From: an uncultured delta proteobacterium
GTDB taxonomy: Bacteria > Myxococcota_A > Polyangia > Polyangiales > Polyangiaceae
NCBI GenBank assembly: GCA_963696385.1
Contig: CAVOKF010000004.1
Coordinates: 64,001 to 128,000 of the forward strand
Direction: 5' to 3'
DNA: 64,000 nucleotides
Every line of letters starts with the position of its first letter. Within the stretch, counting starts at the first letter, position 1. The notes beneath the pieces were generated by a model. The model was not told the DNA's origin and did not search any database. It worked only from the letters and a program-made list of their open reading frames with translations. Of this stretch, positions 1-10,245 are shown in pieces. Made by a program: the position numbers and the translations under genes.

Positions 1-11
1 GAGCGTGGGCG

Positions 12-1067
12 GTGCTGCGACGCGAATGCTTGCGAAGGCTGGGGATGATGGCGGGGCTTCTCGTAGGGCCTCTGCCGGCCATGTCGTGGGCCTGGGCGGC
101 GGCTCCCCCCGCCGACGCCGCCGAGGCGCCCGCCGCGCGCGCGACGGCGCTGGTCCGGCAAGGCCTCGCGCTCTTCCAGCAGGGACGGTACGAGCAGGCG
201 CGCAGCGCGTTGACTCAGGCGTACGCCCTCCATCCGCAAGTGGAGACGCTCGCCGAGCTCGGGTTCGCGGAGCTCGAAGCCGGTCACCCCGTGGAAGCCG
301 TCCAGCACCTCAGGCAGTACGTGGAGCAAGCCGGCGAGTCCGCGGAGAAGTTCTCCCTTGTGCGCGACAACTGGTTGCCGCGCGCCGAGCGCCAGACCGT
401 TCAACTGTGGATCTTCGCCCGAGACAGCGCCGAGATTCGGGTCGACGGGATCGTCGCGCCGCACACGCCCCCCGGCGACCGTCCGGCCATCGGAGAGCCG
501 ATCGTGTCGCAGGTGATCGCCCCCGGAGAGCACGACGTGAGCGTCCGAGACGGCGCGTTCGTGGCATCGCAGCATGTCGTGGCGCTTGCCGGATCGTTCG
601 TGAGCTTGCCCTTCGAGGGCGTCCCCCTGGCGCCGGTTTTCTGGGACGAGCTCCCCCCCGCGCTCTCACCGCCCGAGACGCGTCGGCCCGGCCGCGCGCC
701 CCCGTGGATCCCCGTGATCGCGATCGAATCGGCGGCGGTCGTCGCGGCCGGCGTAGGGGTGGGCTTCGGCCTGGCCTACGAGCACGAAAAATCGACAGCC
801 GATGGCCTGAGCGCGCAAGTGGGTCCTTCGGGATGCTTGGCTCCCGCGCTGACCGCCTGCGGGCCGCTTCACGCGGACCGCCGCGCCGAGCGCACCGATG
901 CCGAGTTCGCGCGCGGATTCTACGCGGGGGCGGGAGCCGTGGCTGTCCTCGGAGCGGTCGCCTGGTTCGTCTGGCCGTCGCCCAAGGGGCCGATGGCCAG
1001 CACCCCGCAGCCTGCGATCGTGATGGGCCCCCGAGCCACCGAAGCCGTACTCACGGGGGCCTGGTAG
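12..1067 (+). CDS. Secreted TPR/PEGA-domain protein with C-terminal membrane segments (myxobacterial type)
   Basis: Signal-like N-terminus, TPR-like helices (QGLALFQQGRYEQARSAL), PEGA-like segment (AEIRVDG...PGEHDVSV) and hydrophobic C-terminal segments. Confidence 0.75.
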   Translation: MLRRECLRRLGMMAGLLVGPLPAMSWAWAAAPPADAAEAPAARATALVRQGLALFQQGRYEQARSALTQAYALHPQVETLAELGFAELEAGHPVEAVQHLRQYVEQAGESAEKFSLVRDNWLPRAERQTVQLWIFARDSAEIRVDGIVAPHTPPGDRPAIGEPIVSQVIAPGEHDVSVRDGAFVASQHVVALAGSFVSLPFEGVPLAPVFWDELPPALSPPETRRPGRAPPWIPVIAIESAAVVAAGVGVGFGLAYEHEKSTADGLSAQVGPSGCLAPALTACGPLHADRRAERTDAEFARGFYAGAGAVAVLGAVAWFVWPSPKGPMASTPQPAIVMGPRATEAVLTGAW

Positions 1068-1144
1068 GAGCGCGATGGAGGAGGAGCCCTCGCAGCGACG
1101 CGAAACGCCACGACCGCCGTAGGGAGAAGAAGGGTTGCAACGCG

Positions 1145-2554
1145 ATGCCCAACATCATGAACGAGGACGCCACGACGCAACCCTTCAGCGAGACGGCCGA
1201 GGTCGTCTCGGTCTGCGGCGGCCGCATCGAGGTGCTCGACGAGGACGCCAGCCTGCAAGTCGGGGTCAAACCGCAAATGATCGGACGGTCCCCGCGCTGC
1301 GATCTCGTGCTCGACGACAGGACGGTCAGCGCGTTGCACGTGGAGGTGCAGGCGACTCCGCTCGGCGTGCGCGTGCTCGACTTGAAGTCGCGCAACGGCT
1401 CGTTCCTCTTCGACGCCCGATTCAACGAAGTGCACCTGAACGGCCAGTGGGATCTGCGCTGCGGCGCCAAGCGGCTTCGCTTCATTCCCGATCCCCCCCA
1501 CGACGTCGTCGTCGATGGCCGGCATCGCTTCGGCGACCTCACGGGCACGACGCCGGACATGGTCAAGCTCTTCGGCGTCCTGCACCGGCTCGCCCCAAGC
1601 TCCGTGTCGATCCTGATCCGGGGCGAGACCGGCACAGGCAAGGAACGCATCGCCCGCGCGATCCACGACGAAAGCCCGCGCCGCCACAAACCATTCCACG
1701 CCATCAACTGCGCCGCCTTGACCGAGACGCTCCTCGAAGCGGAGCTCTTCGGTCACGTCCGCGGGGCCTTCACCGGCGCCGACCGGGAACGCAAGGGTCT
1801 CTTCGTCGAGGCCCATGGCGGAACGATCCTCTTCGATGAGGTGGCCCAGATGAGCCCGGGCATGCAGGCCAAGCTGCTGCGCGTGCTCGAAAACAAGGAA
1901 GTCCGCCCCATCGGCAGCGATCGCACCCGCAAGGTCGACGTGCGGACGCTCTTCGCCACCCACGTGGATCTGAGGCATGCCGTCAATCTCGGACGGTTCC
2001 GCGAGGATCTCTTCTTTCGGATCGCGCACGTGACCGTCGAAATCCCCCCGCTCCGCGAGCGGATGGACGATCTCCCCTTCTTAATCCAAGGCATTGTCGA
2101 GGACCTGGGCCGCCCCAACGCCCGAGTCGACGACCCCGGCATGACGCTGCTGCTCGCCAGCGAGTGGCCCGGCAACATCCGGGAATTGAAAAATCTCTTG
2201 GAGGTGGCTCTCGTCGGCGCGACCGACGACGTGATCGCGTTCGACGACCTGCGGCCGGCCCTTTCCGAGCACCCTGCCCTGCAGTCCGAAATGGGTCTCT
2301 ACGACGCCGCCAAGCAAGAGTTCGATCGGCGCTTCTACACGCGCTTGTTTGCCGCATGCCGCGGCAACGTCACGCGCATCGCCCAGCGCGCCGGCAAGCA
2401 ACGGCACACTGTGCGCGAGGCCTTGCGCGCCATCGGCTTGGTCGCGGGACCGGACCCGGACGGAGAAGGGGACGGGGATGGGGATGACCGGGCGATCTCG
2501 GCTCCCCGGCGGTTGCCGGTCGGGGGTCGACCTCCGGGCAAGAGGCTTCCGTGA
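1145..2554 (+). CDS. FHA-domain sigma-54 dependent transcriptional activator
   Basis: FHA motif (IGRS..CDLVLDDRTVSALH..SRNG), Walker A GETGTGKE, ELFGH..GAFTGA, WPGNIREL and a C-terminal HTH. Start set at MPNIMNED. Confidence 0.92.
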   Translation: MPNIMNEDATTQPFSETAEVVSVCGGRIEVLDEDASLQVGVKPQMIGRSPRCDLVLDDRTVSALHVEVQATPLGVRVLDLKSRNGSFLFDARFNEVHLNGQWDLRCGAKRLRFIPDPPHDVVVDGRHRFGDLTGTTPDMVKLFGVLHRLAPSSVSILIRGETGTGKERIARAIHDESPRRHKPFHAINCAALTETLLEAELFGHVRGAFTGADRERKGLFVEAHGGTILFDEVAQMSPGMQAKLLRVLENKEVRPIGSDRTRKVDVRTLFATHVDLRHAVNLGRFREDLFFRIAHVTVEIPPLRERMDDLPFLIQGIVEDLGRPNARVDDPGMTLLLASEWPGNIRELKNLLEVALVGATDDVIAFDDLRPALSEHPALQSEMGLYDAAKQEFDRRFYTRLFAACRGNVTRIAQRAGKQRHTVREALRAIGLVAGPDPDGEGDGDGDDRAISAPRRLPVGGRPPGKRLP

Positions 2555-2573
2555 AGGGGGAGGTTCGTCAGCG

Positions 2574-3485
2574 ATGACTCGGGCTACGTGTGGGGGTGGA
2601 GCGCTTCGTCGTGACGAAGGCGCGGCCTCTGTGCGGGCGGGGGCGGCTCGGCGTGCACCCGGTCGAACGCGTGGGGGACTGGTATCGCTTCGCGCGGGGC
2701 GCGCCGCGAACGACGGCGCCGGTTGCGCCGTGACCCGCGGGATCCGTTGGAGGCTCGCTAGCGGGGCCGCGTTTGTCGTGGGCCTCTTCGCCGCCGGGTG
2801 CGTCACGCCGGACCCGTGCGGGGACGAGGGCTGGTGCGTGGAAGACGGTGGGGGTGGCGACACCGCGGCGGTGGCTCTGGAGGCCGGCGCTGACGGTGCG
2901 ACGGACTCGGCCCGGACGGATGCGCCGGGTTTGGACGGAGGCTCGAACACGGCTGTGGCGGACGCGACGGTGGAGTCGTCGGACGGGGCGTCGGCAATTG
3001 ACGATGCCGCCGACGGGTGGGCGGACGCGTGGCCGTTCGACGGCTCGGCGGATGCGGGGGACGCGGATGGGGGTGTGCTGGGGTCCGAAGCCGGCGCCGC
3101 CGCGCCGTTGCTCGGAACGTGGACGCTGAAGGGAACCGAGACCTACTCGTGTCCCGATGCGTCCGGACTGTCGGCCGACGGTTCGGTGATCGCCGATCCG
3201 GTCTCGGAAAGCGTCACGTTCCGCGCGGGGCCGGAGTCGACGGATGCTGGCCAAGTGGATCTGCTGTTCGACGCGGGGCAGGGGTGTGCGCTCGGCATGG
3301 TCGTCGAGGCCGGCGTCGCGTCACTCGTTTCCGAGCCCCAGACCTGCGCGCTCGGGGGGGATGCGACGTATTGGGACTTCACGTCAGTGGTGGTTTCGCC
3401 GTTCATGGGATCTTTCGAGATCACCGAGGTGTTTACCGATCGCACGGGATGCACGTACGGGATTGAAGGTCCCTTGACACGATAA
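2574..3485 (+). CDS. Putative lipoprotein with Asp/Ala/Gly-rich linker (start uncertain)
   Basis: Lipobox-like LFAAGC, low-complexity DAG linker and a Cys-containing C-terminal domain. Confidence 0.6.
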   Translation: MTRATCGGGALRRDEGAASVRAGAARRAPGRTRGGLVSLRAGRAANDGAGCAVTRGIRWRLASGAAFVVGLFAAGCVTPDPCGDEGWCVEDGGGGDTAAVALEAGADGATDSARTDAPGLDGGSNTAVADATVESSDGASAIDDAADGWADAWPFDGSADAGDADGGVLGSEAGAAAPLLGTWTLKGTETYSCPDASGLSADGSVIADPVSESVTFRAGPESTDAGQVDLLFDAGQGCALGMVVEAGVASLVSEPQTCALGGDATYWDFTSVVVSPFMGSFEITEVFTDRTGCTYGIEGPLTR

Positions 3486-4259
3486 GCGAGGTCGATAGGC
3501 AGAATGCGAAGACGCGGAAACTTTCATGTTCTCGGGCTTCGGCCGACCTGGCTATTTTGCCGGAAGTGACCCATCGGAGGCGGGATCGCGGCTTGAAGAG
3601 GGGCGAGTGGGCGAGCGGGTACCGCGCTCAGCGTCGTCGTCCGAGCAGGACGACGCACCATCGGCTCGGTCAGTTGTTTCGATTCTCAGCCACGCGCTCG
3701 CTTCCAGCGATAAAACTGTGCGCTGGGCTACCTTCGCTGCGTTGGTTGGAGAGCATCTGGCGCCAGGTGCGACTCCGACGACGGGCTCGTTCAACGTAGG
3801 GCTCGGCGCCAGCCGAAGGAAGGCCGCGACCGTGAGCGAGAACGCAATCGCGATCGGCGCGAGCGCGAGCACTCGGCGGGCGTCCCGAGCATTGCCCTGG
3901 AGCTGTGCGGTGAGGGCTTGATGATCGGCGGGGCAATCCCTGGCGGTCAACTTGTTCGAGCGGCGATTGGTGTAGAGAACGATACGATTCATCTGACATT
4001 CTTGCTTTCTGGGTGCCGCTTGATTGCGGCTTGAAGTTCGCCCCAAGCCCGGGGAATGATGGGAGATGCGATGGGGGAATCGCCGGTGGGTCCGTGGGGT
4101 ACCCCTTCACCGCAGACACGTTTTGCGGATGGGAAGTCAGCAGTTACAAGCTGTTGGACGCCTCCAATTCTCCCCGAGCTCATTGCGGGGGAGCGCCCGG
4201 AGCGTTCAGGTGCGACAGAAGTCCTTTCGCGCACTTACGCGCGATCACGACAAGTTCAG

Positions 4260-4982
4260 TTACCGAGCCTGAACGCGCTTGGCAGAAGAGACGCGCCGAT
4301 CCGCATCTAGGGCGTCCTGCTCAATGGCTTCGCAGCCCTGAAAGCGACGCCCCAGGTTATGAGCGACGATGCCCGTGGTGCCGTATCCGGCGAAGAAGTC
4401 GACCACCAGATCGCCCGGACGGCTGTGAGTCTGGATCAACCTTGCCAGAAGCGGCAGAGGACGACGGCAACTTCGCTCGGGGCGAAAGACCTGCTCGATG
4501 TCGTCCCACACGTTGCTGGCCTTCTTGAACTCGGTTTTGCCCGGTCGTTTTAGCTTTTTCCCGAGAAAAGGCGTGTTGAAGGTGGTTTGGTCGTCTCTCG
4601 CGGTCGCGGAGAACCATAGGATTTCGTCGCGACAGAAGAGATAGTTGCCGCCCTTGCCAAAGGCGCGCGACCTTTTCCAAGTGATCCAATTGCGGAAGTG
4701 CCAACTGCGCTCGATCCCTGCGACGACCTGAAAGACAGGATGCTGCCCGTGCTTGCCGATCGCCTGGAAGATGAGGAGCGACCCTGTCGGCTTAACCTTC
4801 CGGCGCGCCAACGCACACAGACCAACGAGCCACTCCGCGTAAGCACCCGCACTCTCCCACTGGTGATCCCAAAGGTCCCGGACGATCTTGAAGTACGGAG
4901 GGTCGATGAGAAAGAGGTCAACGGACTCATCGCTCAAGGCACCGAGAAACTTCTCGGCGTCGGCTGCCACCACGTAGTTCAC
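4260..4982 (-). CDS. Beta-class DNA N6-adenine/N4-cytosine methyltransferase (orphan)
   Basis: Catalytic DPPY near the N-terminus and SAM-binding VVDFFAGYGTT near the C-terminus. Confidence 0.88.
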   Translation of the reverse strand: MNYVVAADAEKFLGALSDESVDLFLIDPPYFKIVRDLWDHQWESAGAYAEWLVGLCALARRKVKPTGSLLIFQAIGKHGQHPVFQVVAGIERSWHFRNWITWKRSRAFGKGGNYLFCRDEILWFSATARDDQTTFNTPFLGKKLKRPGKTEFKKASNVWDDIEQVFRPERSCRRPLPLLARLIQTHSRPGDLVVDFFAGYGTTGIVAHNLGRRFQGCEAIEQDALDADRRVSSAKRVQAR

Positions 4983-5112
4983 AAGGCGAGCGTATCAGTG
5001 AGCAGCGATGCCCGATGCACGTGCGGTACGGCCCTTGTACGGCCCGAATAGCATAAGAAGGGATCACCTCGCGGGCAAGCAGGTTTGCTTCACTCGACCG
5101 CTGCGTACGTGC

Positions 5113-5907
5113 CTATTGGACGCGGCCCCGGACCGCCACGATGCCCGCGTCGATCAACTGCCTTGCGATGCTGAGCTTGGGGGGCACCGGCGGGAGCGCG
5201 TCGACGTCAAACCATTCCGCCTCGTCGAGCTCCTTCCGATCGACGACGACGTCGCCGCCAGCGTAGCGCGCGTCAAATCCGATCATCACCTGGCTCGGAA
5301 ACGGCCAAGCTTGGCTACCAAAGTACCGAAGGTCATCGATCGCAACGCCCGTTTCCTCACGTACCTCACGTGCAGCGCACTGCTCGAGAGTTTCTCCTGG
5401 TTCGAGGAACCCCGCTACGAGCGCCCAGAAGGGGCGATCCCCAGCGTGGGTGAGGAGCAAGCGGCGGCCATCGTGAACCAGAACGATCACGGCGGGGGCG
5501 ATGCGCGGGTAGCAGTCGACGCCGCACGCTGGACAGCGCTTGGCGCGGTCGAGCGCCTGCGAGATGAGCGGGCCTCCGCATCGCCCGCAGTAGCGGTGAG
5601 TCTGTTCGAAGTGGATCAGCTCGGCTGCAGCGGAGAGGACGCCAAGAAGGTCGCTACCGATCGTCATGAACGCGGTGCGCAGCGAAACGAACCCGGCGCC
5701 TTGCCAGTGTTGCTCAAGCTCGGCGGCGAAGCATGGGCGACCGCCCAGTGTGCCGAGGTAAATGGTTTGCCTTGGATAGAGACCGAGAGCGTCGGGCGCC
5801 GCATGCAACGCACCCCTATCGTCGACCAGAACGCTGTTCCCGTGGAAGTAAAGCCAGGCAGCGCCGCGCGCGTCCGCCGGAGGCGTGACCGACGGGATGA
5901 AGGGCAT
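5113..5907 (-). CDS. nudC: NADH pyrophosphatase
   Basis: Zinc ribbon CGRCG..CPAC, Nudix box GFLEPGETLEQCAAREVREETG and SQAWPFP motif. Confidence 0.93.
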   Translation of the reverse strand: MPFIPSVTPPADARGAAWLYFHGNSVLVDDRGALHAAPDALGLYPRQTIYLGTLGGRPCFAAELEQHWQGAGFVSLRTAFMTIGSDLLGVLSAAAELIHFEQTHRYCGRCGGPLISQALDRAKRCPACGVDCYPRIAPAVIVLVHDGRRLLLTHAGDRPFWALVAGFLEPGETLEQCAAREVREETGVAIDDLRYFGSQAWPFPSQVMIGFDARYAGGDVVVDRKELDEAEWFDVDALPPVPPKLSIARQLIDAGIVAVRGRVQ

Positions 5908-6266
5908 AACTGCACGTTAGCAAGTACGATGTTGTCGAGCACCGTCCCAGGCCCGCGCATGGCTATCCGACGGCAACCGTCATTCAACGCCAGGACACCG
6001 CGGACTGCGCGGCGGGGATGGCATCGCGTCGGAATGCACGAGCAGACGATCGATCTCGGCAAAGTCGCACTTGCCTGTTGGTGTCCGACGCGGCCCTTGC
6101 CGTGCGGCTTGGCGGCAAGTTTTCATCCCAGAGGTCCGCTGGATGTCCGGAAGCGTGGCGGCTCCTTACGCGTCGCGCGCCGCTCCCAGCAACGAGGGAC
6201 GGGGTGAAGTCTGGCGCGTGCTATGCGCGTGCCGACGCCCCATCGGAATCGCGTTTGCCTTGCGAG

Positions 6267-6668
6267 CTACGGGGCAACCAGACGGCATCGAGCGGCGGCC
6301 CGCTCGTGGATTTCGTCGTCGGCGGTCACCAGGGGGAGGCCTTCCCTTTCGGCGAGCCAGACATAAATCGCGTCGGCTGCGCGCAGCCGCGTCGTGACGG
6401 ACACGCGTCGAATCCGTTGCGCACGCTTCGGACCAATCGTCACCAGCGTGGCGTGCGCAAGAAAGCCGCCGACGAAGCGGTCCACTTGAGCAGGCGTAAA
6501 GCCCGCACGCGCAAGTGCCGAGGCGACCTCGATCGGAAAGATCGCCGGGACGACGATGGCATCGCTGCCCCTCAAGAGCGGCGACAGATACGCAACCGAT
6601 GCGGCGTGACGCGGCTCACGGGGTCGAAGCGACGCGACCGCGACCGACGCGTCGAGCACGTACTTCAT
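6267..6668 (-). CDS. PIN-domain (VapC-type) toxin
   Basis: VLDAS..E..LRAADAIY..LVTAD; start overlaps the antitoxin stop. Confidence 0.88.
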   Translation of the reverse strand: MKYVLDASVAVASLRPREPRHAASVAYLSPLLRGSDAIVVPAIFPIEVASALARAGFTPAQVDRFVGGFLAHATLVTIGPKRAQRIRRVSVTTRLRAADAIYVWLAEREGLPLVTADDEIHERAAARCRLVAP

Positions 6669-6934
6669 CGGCGCCCGCGCACCAGATCCTCAACGGCCGG
6701 GAACGTTGGATCGCCGCACTTCGTCGCGTCCTCGAAGAACGCACGAACCTCGTCGTCGGTCATGGCTTTGGCTCGACGACTTCGACGCATCGCAACCTCG
6801 ACCGGTACGATGGCGGCGGCCGGCTTGCCGTGGCGCAAGATCACGATGCGCTTCTTCTTGTGCTCGGCCTGGTCGACGAGGTTCGATAGATGCGCTTTGG
6901 CTTCGGCGAGCGAGGTTTTGATCACGAGGACCAT
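6665..6934 (-). CDS. Phd/YefM-family antitoxin
   Basis: EAKAHLSNLVD..IVILRHGKPAAAIVP. Confidence 0.9.
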   Translation of the reverse strand: MVLVIKTSLAEAKAHLSNLVDQAEHKKKRIVILRHGKPAAAIVPVEVAMRRSRRAKAMTDDEVRAFFEDATKCGDPTFPAVEDLVRGRR

Positions 6935-7044
6935 TATGACCAAACTCAAGGGGTCACGCACGCACGACGTCACCCTCGCCGTCTTGCACAGCTTGGGCGC
7001 ACGTTGGTTTGCCGACAGCGCCGGTCACCCGCTTGGGCAGCGTT

Positions 7045-7371
7045 CTATCCCCGAGGTTCGGTTGCGGTCAGGAGCGTGGCGAGCTCCTCGCGCATCGCGC
7101 GCCGGTCCACGACGAGGGACGGGATCGCTTGCTCGTCCGCCGTGGCGATGGCGTGCGTCAAACGATCGATGGCGGCCTGGAGGGCGGCGACGCGTCGATC
7201 GCGATTGCCCATTGAGGGGCGCTCCATTTCGGGATTGCCCAATGATTGCCCGACGCAGGGGTCAATTCGTTCGATCTCGTGAGATCTCGGATCGTCGATC
7301 GGGCTTGTTTGCCGGATATCCGTGTTTTTGTGGGACTGCCGATCAGCTTTAGGTTCCGCCGCCGCAAGGCG
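7045..7371 (-). pseudogene. Detached C-terminal tail of a tyrosine integrase, in frame with the integrase at 23182-24652 across the tRNA core
   Basis: Frame opens just beyond the core and reads RLAAAEPK-ADRQ...GQSLGNPE...RVAALQAAIDRLT...RRAMREELATL*. RLAAAEPK also occurs, in the same codon phase, in the 23182-24652 integrase. Confidence 0.6.
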
Positions 7372-7478
7372 CGTGAGTGCGGACTTGTTCCCATGCGTTT
7401 TTTACGGGACTTAGTATGCTCTGCGACCCGCCCCCATTGACCCCCATCGGGTAATCGACGGGTATTCATCGGGTAATC
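7203..7478 (+). mobile_element. att-like site: degenerate 3' half of tRNA-Leu flanked by arm-type repeats
   Basis: 7348-7371 is identical to 23260-23283 (24 bp), with decayed similarity to about 7396. GATTGCCC at 7203, 7233 and 7244; CGGGTA(A/T)TC x3 at 7448-7478 with 11-bp period. Confidence 0.8.
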
Positions 7479-7703
7479 ACGGTACGCGTGGGGTCGTTCG
7501 ATGTCGAACCGAACCGTCGTCGGGCACGAGCCGCAAGGATTTCACGCGCCTACCGTTCGCCGCACTTGCCTCGGAGAGCCATGCTGCGAGTTGGCCTCTT
7601 TGCCACGGCGGACGGCTTTCGCCCCGGCGGGTCACGCGTCCGCGCTTGCGAGCACGGACGCGAGCTTGGCCCGGGCAGGTAGCCTCACGATAGGCTCTTC
7701 GAC

Positions 7704-8438
7704 GTGCAGACCTCGTGGCAGCCTCTCCTGGGCTCGCTGCTTGCGGCGGCGGTCGTCATCGTCGTTCAATCCTGGCGGCTCCGGTGCAAACGCGAGATCG
7801 CGCGGGCATACCATGCCGCTGCGACACGCGAAGAGAACCGTCGGGCCGGCGCGCAAGCCCGCACCCGTCGCGCTGTGAGCGGCGAGCAGGGCGCCTTCGC
7901 ACTCTTTGAACGCGCGGGTTACGAGGTGCTCGAGCGCCAAGTTCCCGGGTCCTGGACGTTGCTCGCCGACGGCGAGCCGGTCACGTTCGGTTTGCGCGCC
8001 GACTATCTCGTCGAACGCGAGGGCCGACGCTACATCGCCGAGGTGAAGACGGGGCGGGTGGCTCCCCGCCTTGCCCACGGTCCCACGCGAAGACAGCTCC
8101 TCGAATACAGCGCGGCATTCGAGGTTCACGGCGTCCTCCAGGTCGCGCTCGGCGGCCGCACGGATCTTGTGGTTCAAGCGGACCGGCGACGCGGACTGTG
8201 CTTGGCGAGCAAGCGAGCCATGACGGCTTCCCCGTCCTGCTCGGTGCCTGCGTCCTCGCGATCCCGACGGTCGAGTTCGTCCGCCATCCATTGCGGGACA
8301 GTTCCCTCGTGCGCATTGATGGCCTCGAGCTCCTCCGGATGTTTGGCCATGTCGTTCGCGAGGGCGTCGGCGAGTTCGGGCGCGAGGGCTTCGCCACGCT
8401 CGAGGCGTTCAGCGGCGAGACGAAGTGCGGCGGCCTGA
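7704..8438 (+). CDS. Membrane-anchored PD-(D/E)XK nuclease-like protein (C-terminus after about 8150 probably read-through)
   Basis: N-terminal hydrophobic segment, GE..A, ADYLV..AEVKT and RRQLLEY motifs. Confidence 0.6.
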   Translation: MQTSWQPLLGSLLAAAVVIVVQSWRLRCKREIARAYHAAATREENRRAGAQARTRRAVSGEQGAFALFERAGYEVLERQVPGSWTLLADGEPVTFGLRADYLVEREGRRYIAEVKTGRVAPRLAHGPTRRQLLEYSAAFEVHGVLQVALGGRTDLVVQADRRRGLCLASKRAMTASPSCSVPASSRSRRSSSSAIHCGTVPSCALMASSSSGCLAMSFARASASSGARASPRSRRSAARRSAAA

Positions 8439-8461
8439 AGACGGGGATCGTGTACGGACAT
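8174..8461 (-). CDS. Addiction-module-type antitoxin-like protein (no adjacent toxin)
   Basis: QWMADELDRR motif in a small acidic protein. Confidence 0.55.
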   Translation of the reverse strand: MSVHDPRLQAAALRLAAERLERGEALAPELADALANDMAKHPEELEAINAHEGTVPQWMADELDRRDREDAGTEQDGEAVMARLLAKHSPRRRSA

Positions 8462-8701
8462 CGCTTCAACTATAACGACTGTGCCGGGGGCCGCACGATA
8501 AGCGCACGCGCCGGGGCGTCGCTTGGTGCGAGCAAGCTGCCCTGGCAAACCACGACAAGCTGCCTGGCAAACCACGAGACGATGAACGCATCGCTCGAGT
8601 TCCGGCTGGCTTCATCGACGACGAACGCCCGGAGCTTGGACTCATTCGACCACCGGTCACTTGTTGGGCCCGAGTAAAATAACAACGGAGCCGGACCCGA
8701 G

Positions 8702-8762
8702 TGTCACCCATGTCAATCGAACGGGTGTTACCCATGTTCCCGGACAAAAGTGTTACCTATGT
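8702..8762. repeat. Three TGT(C/T)ACC(C/T)ATGT repeats; probable IS481-type element end
   Basis: Copies at 8702, 8726 and 8751 (24-25 bp spacing), resembling IS481-family terminal repeats. Confidence 0.6.
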
Positions 8763-8769
8763 ACGCGCT

Positions 8770-10245
8770 CATAGGTAGGATCTTTATTTCCCGAGTGATC
8801 TCGATCGCTTACGTGCATAGTGCACGAATTGGATAGTCAAAGGCATCGGGGATTCTCTAGACGCTGTTGTGAGACAACGCGAAAGGAGACCCCCGATGCA
8901 CGGATCAAACAGTACACGCGCCGGAGTCGGCGTGTATGCGAAACGGCTTACGGAAGTACTCGGCGAGGAGCAGGTGACCGCGATCGCGAGACGTAGCGGC
9001 TGGCTACGGCGAGTGCGCAAGGTGATGCCGCTGGCGATGGTCGTGGCGGTGCTGTCGACGCTCGGGTCGGGCCACGCCAAGTGGTTGGCCGATATTCTGC
9101 GGACGTTCCGGAAATTCGCGGGCCTTTCGCTGCGATATAAGCCCTTTCACAACCGGCTCGCGCAAGCGTCCTTTCCAGAGATGTTTCGGATGCTGCTGGA
9201 AGCGACGGTACAGAAGATGAGCCAGCCGGTTCTGCACGCCGTGTCCCCCAAACTGTCGACCTTTCGGGACATCGTCATTCACGACGGGACGTCGTTCGCG
9301 CTCAAGGACGACTTGAAACGCACATGGCCGGGCCGCTTTACGAAAATCTCGCCAGCCGCCGTGGAACTGCACGTCACGATGAGTCTGCTCCAAGACGATG
9401 TGCGCATCGTCGCCCTGACGGCCGACAAGGAGACCGAGCGAACCTACCGTCCCGAGGCCGCGAGTCTTCGCGAGCGGCTCTTTCTGGCCGACCGAGGGTA
9501 CGAGGAGCGAAAATTCTTTTTCGACGTCGACCAAGCCGGCGGCGCCTTCATCGTCCGCGGAACCAAAAACATTCGACCCACCATTCGGGCAGCTTTCGAC
9601 AGCGCCGGCAAATCCATCCCCAAGTTGCTCGGCCAGAAGTTGAACTGGGACCTGCTTCCGGCCCAGACGGTCGATCTCGACATCGAATGGCTGGCGAATT
9701 CATTCGTGTATCGCGGCCGAATTGTGGCGATCTACAAGCGCGGCAAGCGCAACGCGAAGACGTTCGTGTACCTGCACAGCAACCTCGCTCGCAAGCGCTT
9801 CTCCGCCGCCGACGTGGCCGGCTTGTATCGCCTCCGCTGGCAGGTGAAACTCCTGTTCAAAGAGTTCAAATCCCACGCCAACCTTCATGCCTTCGATACG
9901 GGCAAGGCCGCTATCGCGAAAGCGATGATATGGGCGAGCCTGCTCGCAGCCCTTCTGAAACGCTCGCTCGCACACTTCGCGGAAGCGTCGCTGGGGGTGG
10001 AGCTTTCGACCCAGCGAGCCGCCGCGTCCGGCAAGCATTACTTCGACGATGTCCTCCGCGGCCTTCTCGACTCGCCGCGCCAACTACGTCGTGCCCTCGC
10101 CGAAACGCTCAAGTTCCTCGATTCCAACGCGCGCCGCGCTCATCCTGCTCGCGATCGAAAGCGCGGACGTCTCGCTATGGGCCTCGAGCCACTCGCACTT
10201 GTGTGGTAGCGAGCGCCATCCCGAATCCCTAAGTACCAACTTATG
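8770..10245 (+). mobile_element. IS4-family insertion sequence (IS186-like ends) with 10-bp target duplication
   Basis: Imperfect IRs CATAGGTAGGATCTT / AAGTACCAACTTATG; TGTACGCGCT at 8760-8769 and 10246-10255. Confidence 0.9.
8869..10209 (+). CDS. IS4-family DDE transposase with the catalytic Glu replaced by Lys
   Basis: IHDGT, LADRGY and YRLRWQVKLLFKEFK, where the YREK motif has K in place of E. Confidence 0.9.
   Translation: MRQRERRPPMHGSNSTRAGVGVYAKRLTEVLGEEQVTAIARRSGWLRRVRKVMPLAMVVAVLSTLGSGHAKWLADILRTFRKFAGLSLRYKPFHNRLAQASFPEMFRMLLEATVQKMSQPVLHAVSPKLSTFRDIVIHDGTSFALKDDLKRTWPGRFTKISPAAVELHVTMSLLQDDVRIVALTADKETERTYRPEAASLRERLFLADRGYEERKFFFDVDQAGGAFIVRGTKNIRPTIRAAFDSAGKSIPKLLGQKLNWDLLPAQTVDLDIEWLANSFVYRGRIVAIYKRGKRNAKTFVYLHSNLARKRFSAADVAGLYRLRWQVKLLFKEFKSHANLHAFDTGKAAIAKAMIWASLLAALLKRSLAHFAEASLGVELSTQRAAASGKHYFDDVLRGLLDSPRQLRRALAETLKFLDSNARRAHPARDRKRGRLAMGLEPLALVW

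Noticed and set aside
5..1144. Long Arg-rich N-terminal extension of the sigma-54 activator (likewise the 60895-63411 ORF)
   Set aside because: These are off-frame overlaps of genuine neighbouring genes.
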